Origin: the human T2T-CHM13v2.0 reference genome, Homo sapiens
Assembly (NCBI RefSeq): GCF_009914755.1
Contig: NC_060926.1
Length of the DNA: 64,000 nucleotides
Strand: one strand, 5' to 3'
Positions 40,131 through 58,619 of the stretch are shown here, one piece after another. A program made the position numbers and the translations under genes. Every line of letters begins with the position of its first letter. Within the stretch, counting starts at the first letter, position 1. Under the pieces are notes generated by a model that ran no database searches, had not been told where the DNA came from, and saw nothing but the letters and a program-made list of their open reading frames with translations.

Positions 40131-42148
40131 AAGCTATTATTACTCTTTGTTAGACTATGTCTGGTAGACATTACATGGTTTTATCATATTCACAAACTGA
40201 AAAACACAGTCAAAAGTCATTTCTCAAATGGTTTGTCATGAGTTGGAGTGACAGCATATCAAGATCATAATCAGTAAATTTCAGTTTATAATTTTTTCTT
40301 GATTCTCTTACTGAATTGAAAAGTCAGTTATAATTGCTACATTTCTATTCTTTTTCCTGTTCTTACATTGTGAAACAATAATATGTGCTTGCTTCTGTTA
40401 GAGTTAATAAATAGGAAAGTATTTATGGTTCTTGGCCCAGATACCCATTCGCTGTTGGTTACTGCCCTTTTTTTCACTGTCTCAGTTCTTGAGATGAGTA
40501 TTTCCCAACTTTCAGACCACTGTAGGTTTTGATTTACAGCAGCAGCCTCTCTCGTTCTGTCACTCTACCTTCTGAGTAGCCTTGAAGTAGGGCATCATTA
40601 TAGAGAATCAGCAATCATCACAGCACACACATTCTAACAAAGAAACTCACCTAGAAACTTGCAGGAACGTTGCATTCCAGATAAGGGTTTATGGTCACAA
40701 GGCAACTATTGACTGTCTTTATATCACTTCTCTAAAGCTGATAATTTGGGGGACCCACTGTATTGATTTACGTGGAAAATATGAATGAGAATCCTAAAGT
40801 GCAAGAGGAATAGAAGTGTTGGATAATAAGCATTATTTGAAAAAGAGGTGTGGAGCAAGTCATTTAAGAAAAAGTGGAATTGATCTCTCCTGGATTTGGT
40901 TTATCAGAATGAAAGACTAACTTAGAGCGATTTATCTGAGAAGGGAAACAACAAACAACAAAATGCCTCCTATGCATGGTTTCTTCTTGTATTTATTTAG
41001 AGTCTAGTTCTTTAAATCTGCCGGGTTTATGGCACAATTCAATACCAAAATAACTATATGAATATTGACATCAATGTTTTAATCTGTGAGTCACAGGAAC
41101 TCATGTACAAATTTATTAAATGTTTTCTATTCTGTTTATATTTGTTGACAACAAAGCGGCTCTACGGCTTCTGGTGTGATTTGTGCACATGTAGTGAGCT
41201 GGATATCTTCATATTTTGTTTCATTTATCACCAAATCTGTTAGCTATTTCTAAATAAAGAGGCTGTATTGAGAAAGGATGAAAAGCAGTTGGGAAATGGA
41301 GTAGGAAGAAAAAAATGAGAAGCTCAGTGTTTTATAAACTGTATTGCAAAAAAAGCTGACTTTCATTTCAAATCATTGTGGTCTGTGCTTTGCTTTGGTG
41401 AATTATGCCCACACATATCTAGTCAACACAGGAGAGCACAGATCATTGGAGGAATGAATAGCTTTACCACATGCATCGTGAGAGATGTACAAGTTTATTT
41501 TCCCCATCAACCATACCTTTTTCCAATATCATGCATGTTGCCCAGCAAGACAGTGTCATTAACCACTGGTATAGAAGGACTCATTTAATTTAGTTAACTA
41601 AATCCTGTTTTTTTTTTTTTTTTTTATGAGTGGTGGGAGAACTGTTTAAAAAAGACCTGTTTGGTTAACAAATGTGCGCTGCTCTGCAGTGAGGGACATT
41701 TTGAATGATTTTCCCATTTCTAGTCTTTGCCCCATCCAGTTAGAAAGTAGCCCGTAGTGCTTCAAGAACATTTACATTTACATCTTTATTGTAGGTTCCA
41801 TTGTAGCAAGAATACATGTAAATGGACTCGCTCTATTTCAATAATTATTTTGCAGAGTATTTTGGCTATCATCCTGGTGTTTATAGTCAATGCATTTTTA
41901 CACCATCTACATTTTGGACAGCAAGCATAAAACGCTGCTGGTTTATCTCACAGAGAGAGCAGATTGTCCCCCAAAAGATAGCCATTTATAATATGTGCAC
42001 TTTTGAATAATTAAATGAACTACTGAAGAGGAAATGGATTCTAATCAGCTTTCAAACTGTGATTGTGCCATGCACTGAATCATTCCTTTATGAATACATT
42101 TCTCTTGGAGCATGAATAATTACAAAACTTTTTTTTCTATCTCGGTAG

Positions 42149-42263
42149 GAACTGGGAAGTAACAGCCCTCCACAGAGAAACTGGAAGGGAATTGCTATTG
42201 CTCTGCTGGTGATTTTAGTTGTATGCTCACTCATCACTATGTCAGTCATCCTCTTAACCCCAG
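42149..42263 (+). CDS. DPP10: Internal coding exon (exon 2) of DPP10, inactive dipeptidyl peptidase 10: juxtamembrane segment plus type II transmembrane anchor
   Basis: Acceptor ttttttttctatctcggtag| and donor CCAG|gtaatc bracket 115 nt (phase 0 in, phase 1 out). It translates without stops to [38 protein letters not shown]+G, matching the remembered DPP10 N-terminal region (the [14 protein letters not shown] motif is shared with DPP6; ELGSNSPPQ and [10 protein letters not shown] fit DPP10). Confidence 0.96.
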
Positions 42264-44059
42264 GTAATCTGTCTTTATTCCTCTCTTATGATGGATGGTA
42301 TTGTGGATGATAATTTCACATTCAAATGCCTTAAGAGGGTAGCAATATGTGGTATCTTAGGGCACATTAGCATGGGTTGGAATTTGGAAAAAAAGCATAA
42401 TCAGACATTTTGCAAATGGCACAGTAATTCTGCAGTTCAAATATCATGCAGGATATTTTGGGGAAGCTGAAAATGTAAAATATGTAAGTTGAGAATGCCA
42501 AGGAGATTTTTGGTCTCCATTGCCACTTACAGACTTACTATGTGTTAGTTTGATAAATGCAGAAGACATTTGACTTTTATTGTGGGTTGAAGATGAGGGA
42601 GTGGCATCTGGAAGTTTCTATATATAGATGATAACCCAACTGTATGGAAATGGAAAGACAGGATTTGATGGAAAAAGATCAGATCGAAAGAGAGTGATCT
42701 AAGCCTCTAAATTTGGACACCTATTTCTTGTGTCTTCTTTTCCTTTCTTTCCTAAAGTTTTTACATTCTAAGTTTCTACCCTATCTAAAGAAACTTTGCA
42801 AATTGCCCCTGCAATGATTTTTGGACTGTGTTCTTCAGATTAAAGAGTTTAATACTAATATGGAAATTATCATTGTGCTTCTTTCTGGGGACTATTTCAA
42901 TACCCAGGAGATTCATTACTCTTTAGTAGGTACTAATAAGGAAGGCAGAGATAAAGGGATCACTTTTAAACTCCTTCAGTTGTCTTCCAGATACATTTAG
43001 CAGTTGCTGCAACCCACCCACCCAACTGTTTTTCTCAAAGACCAAACACCCACATATGACACAGTGTTATGAAAAATAGTCATTTCTGGGATAGGATTGA
43101 ATGAATCCAAAAATCAACTGATATTTTTAAATTATAGCCTGTTGTTGAATGCTATTTATTTCCACTTCAGGTTTGTCTTAGTTTTGTTATTTTATGAGCC
43201 CCTTAAACACATTGAACTTATTTCCTGATGTACAAAATATGATTAACAATAACTGTTTTTCAGAGTCATTTAGTCAAATAATTTTGGTGACTAATTATAC
43301 AAATGGCAGTATCAATTGTTCCAGTGAGACACTTCGTGAGATATACCATCTTTGAAAAATACTGACATTGAAATAAATAAACTGCCAAAAATGCAGTTTT
43401 TAGATGTTAGTTAACATGTGGAGAGGTTGAGAAAGAAATTAAGGGAGCTACTAGGGAGGAAGGAGGAGAGAAAGGTAATTGGAAAGGAAGAAAGAAAAAA
43501 TTCCCTGGTAAAAGTTGGCTTATCCGGCATTCTCCCCAGGAACCTTTTCTTAACTGCCTCATTTGTACATCTGCAGTACAATGTCATTGAGCAATGTGAT
43601 GGCTCTAAGTTGCTGCATAATGCCAAGAATCATTGTTACAGGAAGATGAGTTTCAGCATGGTGTTTCACTTAAACACAAGAAGTTTAACATAATTATAAA
43701 AAAAGAATGAGTCGACATTGCTGCCTTCTATTGATGGCTATTAGCCAGATGGAGGTATTCATGTCATAATCCCTGTGTATTTCTCTTGAACTCTTTTTCT
43801 TTCATCCTGGTTCTAGCATCCTTGGCCCAGTGATTCACTTTCTCAGGTTTTCTTGTTACTCATTGAGGCCATAGTGATATTTTGGTGTCCTTGAGAGTTT
43901 GATACAACAAAGACCACATAGAGTGAGGCACTCACTAAGTTAAACTTCTGCTCAACCCTTTTCAATTTTTCCCAGTATAAAACCACAGTGATGAACCATA
44001 ATTGAGTTCATTTTGTCCTGCACTTATTCATTTGTTAAAGCAAGAACAAGCGTGACATA

Positions 44060-44245
44060 CCTGAGTTTGAGTTCTGCCTCTGTAATACAGTAGTTTTGTG
44101 CAATTTGGCAAGTTATTTAACCTTCTCTCTCACTTTACTCATCTGCATGATGGGTATAATATTTAGTTCCAACATTGCAGTGTTATTATGGAGGTAAAAT
44201 GAGATAATGTAGTTCAAGAGTTTATTTAGCATGCTGCCTAGCACT
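44060..44245 (+). mobile_element. MIR SINE
   Basis: cctgagtttgagttctgcctctg...ttggcaagttatttaacct...ctcatctgca...aaatgagataatgt...tgcctagcac. Confidence 0.75.
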
Positions 44246-44658
44246 GCTGCTGCTATTCCTTTGATGATTGCTATTATTCAGTACTTATTGACCACCAGAA
44301 ACCATGACAAGCAGTGTTATATAAAGAATGTTCCCCAGAAAAGGTATAAAACCTCTCAGGAATATACATCTTCTGTGACTTCAATTTTAGTTATGACAAA
44401 CGGAAAGGGACAAAATATTTAACCTGAAGTTAGTCTCCTGGGGTCAAATTATTCATGCATTCATTCATCCCATAGGTAATTGTGGAGTTCTCACCACATT
44501 CTAGGTGCTGTTGTAGTTGGCCCTGCACTTTCGCTATTTTATAACTTTCACCTCCAATCCCGTTACACAAATACAAACATTTAGAAAATACACATATTTA
44601 GAACACCACAGCCCCCCAACTCAGACTTAATTTCATATGATATTAATCATATAAATAG

Positions 44659-44965
<307 letters not shown>

Positions 44966-45851
44966 CACAATTATTATTTAGATTTACAGTTTACCAAGTG
45001 CATTTCACATACTACATGTTCAAATGTCTTTGGATTTCACTATTATTATTGGTAGGGACATTATAAAATAAAAAAGAAAATAATAATGCTGGAGTGGAAA
45101 AGGTATTGCTGTAGGAAGCAGACACCCTACTTTATACAGAGAGTGTTCTATACTTTCTGCAAACTCAATGCCCTCAAGTGCCTAGAAGATTATGTAAATT
45201 GATCAAGTGGGCAAGTATAACAACTAGTGGTTAGAAATTTGAGTTGTGACCCAGCAAAATGGCAGTGTAGTCGCATGGCCTTTACGGTGGGCTCAACCCA
45301 AACATGTCAGAGTAATACATAAGGCCAGAAGACTAATAGTTTGCAGCTCAAGACTTGAGTCTTCAGCCTGGAAGAACTTTTAGAAATGATCTAGTCTTGC
45401 CTCTCTCATCAGACAGGAAGAATATCTGAGTTTGTTTAACTTTTGGGGTGAGAACAAGAATATCCATCAAGGCCATGTACACTCTTGATTTTGCGTGTGT
45501 CTGGCTGTGTACGTCTGTGGTCAGCCTGCAGTGCTCCAACTGCACCAAGCCTTTCTCTTCTAACCCTCAGGCTTGAGTTCTCTCAGCTGTGCTAAAACAG
45601 AGCCATAAAGAAAACCTCCAGCTGGAAATTAAACATGCAGCATCATCCCTCTGATCTTCCCTCTGTCCACCAATATGTTCTCAAGGCCTAGCTTTCTAAG
45701 TAAAACCAGTCAAGCAGGTGGAAACTTTCAACCAAGTAGAGGAATCTATGTCAGGAGGGGAAGCTTCTGACTGTGGAAATTCAGCAAGACACTGGGCCTT
45801 TTAGGACAAGGCCTGCCTCTAGAACAACTCTTCCAATAAGAGTGGCAGTCA

Positions 45852-46142
<291 letters not shown>

Positions 46143-48159
46143 AAGAGTGGCAGTCATAAATTCATATAGCTTTTATAATTATACAACCCTGGGCTAGTCA
46201 CTAACTTCTATGGCTTCAGTGTTTCATTGAAGAAAAGGACATCTTTGGTTTGCTAAAATGTGAGGTGATCTCTTGAAGTGTATTATAACTCTAATGTCTA
46301 TTATCTAATATATTAATAACAGCTACCAATGATAATAATGCCTTGTTTAGTGACAAATATAGCAACAGATGAAATATGGTGGGCTCTTTCACTAAGATTT
46401 TTCTACCATGAAAATATATTTAGTGGGTTGGTTTTGAAGATGAAAGCATACAAAAAGTTATTTAGTCAAAGAAATGTTTTAGAAACTGTTTTACTCAAAA
46501 TAGCACACAATTTGCAGGTAAGTCTAAGGAATGCAAGCCTATAACCAGAGAAACACATGTTCACTGTAATTTCGGTTTGATTGCAAATTTTATTACAGAA
46601 GTAGTTTGACACATGTGCCTTAATTTCTAAAATTATCAGACTCTTCCTTGCCTTGTGAAGAGAAGTCCTAACTATTTTTGAAGAATAGGCTATTCAAGTA
46701 TTTCATTTTATAAGTATTTCTGAAAGGAACAAATTATTCATTCCATTTTTTTAATTACAGGGTGGACTTATTCAGATGCATTGATGAAGCCTACATTATT
46801 TTTTCTATTGAGTTTGTTTAAAGAGAAGGAGTTTACCCACGTTTATTTTGAGAATATGTTAACTATAAGATCAATAATTATACTCTACAAATATATGAGT
46901 GTACATTAATGCTTAAAGTTGTAGAAATCAGTCTAGTAAAGGTATGCATCTACTTTGCAATCTTGTTTTTACATTTAATATGTAGAATGAGAAGGAATAT
47001 ACTTGGGAGAACATTTTGTGCAGAATAGAATTACCAATTTTGGCCTGTTTTAAGAACAAAGGTGCATATTTTATGAGTCAGAATGCAGTTGATACAGGAT
47101 AGTCATCAGGCTCTTTAATCCATCTGCCATACTGAAATAGCCACCTGCGAACTGTGTATACTCCACAGTTCTTCAGCAACAATGGCCTGTTGCCCTTTGA
47201 CTGTGTCTGTAATCGGTCAATGCCGAGACAGAGTCATCACACTGATTATCTGTCATGCTGACTAAGGGTAAAACGGGAAAGCACCAAAATGTGGTCTTCA
47301 TTGTTAGCTCTAGCTCCTGTTTCTTTTGGAAACTTCCCAATTACCCTCTGTTACAATAGTGGGATTCATTCCTTTAGTACACTTTTTAGGTGTGCACAGT
47401 AGATGGTCTTTGCAGGTTTATCAGAATATAAACATAACCAAGCATTGATGTGGGAATCATGAGAGCTCTGCTTGATCTCAGTTAAACAAGAATTTAATGG
47501 TAATTTTTCAGTTCCGCAATAGAGATGTCTTTATTTTCACTTCTAGAAGTGTCTCTAAGATTAAGAATTTTAAACTAATTTCATAGGCCATGTTGGGTAA
47601 TAACTTACCCAGGTCGATACTGCCACAGTGATGTTGATGATTAGATAAGTCTTTAATATCAGATATGTGTTACATCCATGAAGCTATGCTCAATTAGTTC
47701 ATTTGAGTCAAAACAGAGAATTAAGCAAGTGAAGGAAACTAGAGAAACATAGGCAGCCCTATTCAGAAAAATCAACAAAAGAAACCAAAAACTAGAAGAC
47801 AGCATTTAAGGTATTATGCCTTTTTTACATCAACCTAAATGTACAGTGCACACAATCAACTCATTTAACCCTCATAACACACCAGTTTAAAGGAAGTAGA
47901 GCAGTTTTCTACATAACACAGCTAGGGCCAATAGATTTGGATGACTTCAGCAGCTAGTTTGTGGAGAAAGTATAGTAGATAGAGTGACTAAATTGACCTT
48001 GGTATTCGACTGACTTGGATTCATCTCCTAGCCTTACTATGTGCCCACAAATATGATGTTGAGGTAAAGAATCCTCTCTGTTCCTATTGTTAAGACAACA
48101 GATTAAAAAAAAAAAGATTTGACCCTTTGAAAGAGGGCTTTAAAAATATTCATATGCCT

Positions 48160-48210
48160 GCACACACACACATGCACACACACACATACACACACACACA
48201 CACACATACA
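48160..48210. repeat. Imperfect (CA)n microsatellite
   Basis: CA run with TG/TA interruptions. Confidence 0.93.
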
Positions 48211-49736
48211 TCTATATGTAAAACTCATTTCCTAGAAAGCATTTAATAAAATTAAGGACTTTATTGGACTGATGACAGCTGATCTGTTATTGTTATGCAA
48301 AAACTCAAAGTGAATTCATTCTAGTTACTATTTTGCTCTAACAAAATGACAGCTCCTGGTTATAGTTAGTTAAAATGTTATGTTGTACTATATTGCAGAC
48401 AATATCTTGGCATCTGTAATTTATTAGGTGTCATTTAAGCACCTGACCTGTGTTTTAAAATGTCAAAGCAATGATTAAACTATCCCCATTATGCATTATG
48501 AGGGGAAAATAATGTTTTACCAGATTTTTAGATTTGTACTACTTGTAAACATCGGCATCAATCAAGATGCAAATTGTTTATTTTGTTGAATTAAAGCAGG
48601 AGATGTGCTGTATTGATAGGCATAGTCTAATGTGTCTCTGCTTGTTTTTTTCAACAACAGCACAGATTGAACATGGATTTCCATGTAGCATTACCCAGGC
48701 ATAATCAGGCTGCAGAGAAAACAATGACAGATTCTAACAGTTTCCCCCTGTATAATATGGATTGTTGTTGCTTTTTTAAATAGATTTATCTCTGATGTTG
48801 AATAAAAAATAATTTCCTCTGGCATTAACGGAATAAAAACAGTTACTTTTTTGTCTTTCCTTTATAGTTTCATTTCTATATTTAAGCCATATGTGATTCC
48901 CTTAGTTACTCTCATAATGTTAGAGTGTCCAGTCAGATAAATGATGAATTTGGTTTACATTATAATGTGTTTAGTTTTACAAGAGTCAGAAGAGAACCTA
49001 TAAACATTTATGTATATCTTTTTCTTGCCAGATGTTGTACTAAGTGCTTTACATGTACTATTTTTTCTCACATCACTAATATTGCATAGATACTATTCAT
49101 TTATTTACATTCTAGAGTATTCATCTGAGTCTTACAAGTTGAAGTAAATTGACTAATTTCACACAACTAGAAGGCAGAGATGCTCGATCACTCTCTCAGG
49201 CACTTTTAGCTTTGACATGTGTCATAATCCTTGTAATATAAGTTAAGACATATTCTTGTGCCCATGGATGATAGGGGCAAAAAAATATTTTAGAAAAATA
49301 AATTTCCCCTTTATTCTTTCCTATGATTTTTGTAATTAGTAAACTAATTCTATGTATTTCTAAAAGGGAAGGCATAGCAGAGAAAGAATTCAGCTGAGGA
49401 TTGAGGTGTAAAAATTTGGACAAGGGGCAGAAAGGGAGGCAGTGACAGAAGTGGGAAGTTGAAAATCGTAAGTGTAAATTCTGTATGTATTTTTATTTCT
49501 GGTTTCATAATTTTTCAGAACTTCAAATACCCATGATAAAATATAAGTTCATATTTTCCATCCTAAACCACATTATATAAAATTGTGTGTCATTATACAA
49601 CTTTAATATTTTGTCATATATTTTATTTCTTCTTCCTAATAGAAATTTGATTTAGAAATGTGATATTCTGGCCTCTAATGTATGATTAGATAGTCTGGTC
49701 TCTGAGAAGTCAGGTTTCCATAAAAGCGAGAGTTAT

Positions 49737-50009
49737 GGTGGGGTTTGGTGGCTCATGCCTGTAATCCCAGCACTTGAGGAGGCCAAGGCAGGAGGATCAC
49801 TTGAGCCTAGGAATTCAAAACCATCCTGGGCCACATAGTGAGACCCCATCGCAACTAAAAGTTTTTTAAAACAATTAGCCAGGTTTGTTGGCACATGCTA
49901 CTCAGGAGGCAGGAGGATTGCTTGAGACGGAGAAGTTGAGGCTGTAGTGAGCCATGATCATGCCACTGCACTCCAAGCTGGGCAAGAGAGCATGACTCTG
50001 TCCAAAACA
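49737..50009 (+). mobile_element. AluJ with internal deletions
   Basis: ggctcatgcctgtaatcccagcac...gaggctgtagtgagccatgatc; abuts the L1M 3' end. Confidence 0.88.
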
Positions 50010-52560
50010 GTCTTCCATCTAGTTCCAAAACATATTCATCACCCCAAAAGGAAACTCTACCCATTAAGCAGTTGCTCCTCATATCCCACCTCAGTTGCTC
50101 CTCATATCCCACCTCCCTCATCCCCTGGCAATCACCAATCTACTTCTGTTCTCTGAAGATCTACTTTTTCTAGATATTTCACATAAATGGAATCAAATAA
50201 CATGTGACCTTTAGTGTCTAACATCTTTCACTTTGCATGTTTTAGAAGTTCATCCACCAAGTCACTTGTAACAGTGCTTCATCCCTTTTTATGGCTCATA
50301 GCAATCCATTGTATGCATATTCCAGAGATTGTGCTACTGTGAACCTGTGTGTATTTGTTTGAGTCCATGTTTTTAGTGTTTGGGGTTATATACCTAGGAA
50401 TGGAATTGCTAGATCCTATGGTAATTTCTGTGTTTAAATGTCTGAAGAACTATTTGCCACAGCAGCTGAACCATCTTACATTCCCAACAGAAATATTCAT
50501 GTGTTCCAGTTTCTCCAAATTCTTAGAAACACTTGTTCTTTTCTTTTTTTTTTTTTTCAATTATGGGCATTCAAGAGATATGAAGTAGTATCTCATTTGG
50601 TTTTAATTTGCATTTCCCTAATAATTAACTATGTTGACTGAGTATCTTCTTATGTGTCTATTGGCCATTTATATATCTTCTTTAAAGATAGATCTATTTA
50701 AGCCTGTTGCCCATTTTAAGGGACTTGCTGGTTTTACTGATAGTGAGTTGTAGGAGTTCTTTATTCCGGATATTAATCTCTTGTCAGAAACATATTTTCA
50801 TATACTTTCTTCTATAATGTAGGTTGTCTCTTTACTTTCATAATAGTTTCATTTGGTGCACAAAGTTCTTCATTCACCTGTTCTTTCATTGCTTGTGCTT
50901 CTGATGTCTTATTTAAGAATACACTGCTGAATCCAAGGTCACAAAGATCTGTCTTTTGTTTTTTTTAAATGAGTTTATGGTTTTAGTTTATCTACATGGG
51001 TCATTGATTCATTTTGAGTTAATTTTTTTTATGGTGTGAGTTAGGGAGTCTAGCTTTAATTTTTGCATGTGAATAACCATTTCACCCAGCACCATTTATT
51101 GAAGAGACCATTCTTTCCCAATTATTATAGTGTGAACCTTCCTTGGTTATAGATATATGAGTTATTTCTGGGCTTATAATTTTACTTCATTCATCTCTAT
51201 ATCTGTCCTCATGCTGGTACTGCATTGTTTGGATTACTGCACCTTTGTGGAATGTTTGAAATCTGGAAGTGTGACTATTACACTTTAAAAATATATATAT
51301 TGCTTTGCTATGAAGAGCCCATCACAGTTCCATATAAATTTGAGAATTAGCTTTTTTATTTCTGCAAGAAAGCCAGTTGGGATTTTAATAGTAATTGCAT
51401 TGAGTCTGTATTTGCTTTAGGTAATATTACCATCTTAGAAATATTAGTGTTCCAACTCATAAATATGGAATGTCTTTTCATTCTGGAAATAATTTAAATA
51501 AAACAAAAATCAACATTTTGTAGTTTATAGTGTAAAAGTTTTTCATACTTGGTTAAATTCATTTCTATTTAGTTTATTCTTCTTTATGATACTGTAAATA
51601 GAACCTTAATATTCTTTTCTGATTAATCATTGTTGGTATACAGAAACATGACTGATTGTTTAGTGTTGACCTTGTACTCTTCAACTTTGTTGAAATCATC
51701 TATTAGCTTTAGTAGCTTATTGTAGATTATCTGAGATTTTCTATGTATGAGGATCATGTCATGTGTGAACAGAGATAGTTTTACTTCTTCATGTCCAAAT
51801 TGACCATCTTTTAGTTCTTTTTCTTGTCTAGTTACTCTGGCTAGAATTTCCAGTACAATGCTGGATAACAATGGTAAAAGTGGATATTCTCGTCTTATTC
51901 CATCATAGGTGGAAAGCTTTCAGTCTTTATTCATTGAGTAGTCTTAGCTTGTTTAGATAAAGATTCTTTACATTGTTGAGGGAGATTCTTTTTATTTCTA
52001 GCTCTTAAAATATTTTTATAAGGAGTGTTGGATATTGTCAAATAGATTTTATCAATAAATTGAGATGATCATTTGTTTTCCTCCCTTTTCTACTATATGT
52101 TGTATTACATTGATTTTCTTTTGCTGAGCCACTCTTATATTCCTGGAATAAAACCCACTTGTTCATGATGTATAAGCCTCTTCATATGCTGAAGAACTCA
52201 GTTTTCTAATATACCTGAAGGATTTTTGCATCTGTATTTATAAGAGATATTGATCTGTTGGTTTCTTTTCTTGTGCTATCTTTGTCTAGGTTTCATATCA
52301 AAATAATTTTTAACCTCACAGAATGAGATAGTAATCTTTTCTTGTACAGTTTTGGGAGGAGTTTGAGAAAGATGAGTGTTAATTCTTCTAAATGTTAGAA
52401 TTCACAAGTGAAGTCATCTGGTTCTAGCCTTTCTATTGTTAGGAAGGTTTTTGATTAATGATTTTGTAACTTACTCATTATAGGTCTGTTCAGGCATTTT
52501 ATTTCTTCTTGAATAAGTTTGGTAGTTTGCGTTTTTCTAGAAACTTGTTTACATCATATA
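50010..52560 (-). mobile_element. Old L1 (L1MB-type) 3' UTR and ORF2 relic
   Basis: ttcatcaccccaaaaggaaact 3'-end motif; ORF 51623-51871 gives an ORF2p RT-like peptide (IVLEILARVTRQEKELK...VKLSLFTHDMIL). Confidence 0.88.
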
Positions 52561-52561
52561 A

Positions 52562-52961
52562 TGTCTTAGTTCATTTGTGCTGCTATAGCAAAATACCACA
52601 GACTGGGTAATATAAACAATAGTAAATTATTTCTCACAGTTCTGCAAGCTGGAGAAAGTCCAAGATCAAGGTTCTAGCAGGACTGGTGTCTGGAGAGGGC
52701 TGCTCTCTGCTTCCAAGATGATACCTTTTTGCTGCACTCTCCAGAGGGAAGGAACACTGCATTCTCACATGGCAGAAGGAACAGAAGGAAAAGACAGCCT
52801 TCCCTTCAATCCTAAGCTCTTTTATAAGGGTATTAATTTCATTCGTAATGGTAGGGCCCTAATAATTACCTCTCAAAGTTCACACTTCTCAGTATTATTG
52901 CTTTGGGGATTAAATTTCAATATGAATTTGGAAGGGGAATATAATCATTCAAACCATAGCA
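52562..52961 (-). mobile_element. MaLR solo LTR (MSTD/MLT1A-like), complete, 400 bp
   Basis: tgtcttagttcatttgtgctgctata...cattcaaaccatagca with perfect 5-bp TSD tataa (52557-52561, 52962-52966). Confidence 0.9.
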
Positions 52962-52966
52962 TATAA

Positions 52967-55460
<2,494 letters not shown>

Positions 55461-55588
55461 GATAAACCTGGATTCCTTATTATAGTTGAAGCCCAGCATA
55501 AGGTTTATATCTTTACCACCTACACTGCTTTCTACTTTATTATATGATTCATAATAGTTTCTATTACAAACTAAGTTCTCAATAAATG

Positions 55589-58176
<2,588 letters not shown>

Positions 58177-58619
58177 TATTGACCAGTGACAAATTTATCT
58201 GGTTATCCACTCTTGCAATAAAAATGTCAGAGAATTGTTTAGTGAAAGTTCTTGATAATGAAGTAATAAATAATAATACAATAGAATAAGGTTATTAAAG
58301 CTGATGATATTACCAAATAGAAAAGAAAGTCAACATCTTTTGAGACTTGAATAATATTTATTATAACCCTGGCAGTTTGAAATGTGGAAAAACATAAACT
58401 TGTAAAATACACAATAAAGTACGTTCAGTAGAACTTAGTGTAGTGTACTCTAACAAAGTATTGAGGACCCAAAAATGCTTTGGGGCATTTGAATTGCATA
58501 TATCACCATTTGTAAAATTAGACATTGCAAATAAATTCTGAGATTTCAAATAAAATGTGTATTAATTTATTTAAGATGACAATAATAAAACAATTACATA
58601 TAAATATAAATAACAAAAT

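Noticed and set aside
42288-42470. ORF just after exon 2 as an exon extension
   Set aside because: Read-through of the donor hits no recognisable DPP10 sequence, and the canonical GT donor at 42264 explains the boundary.
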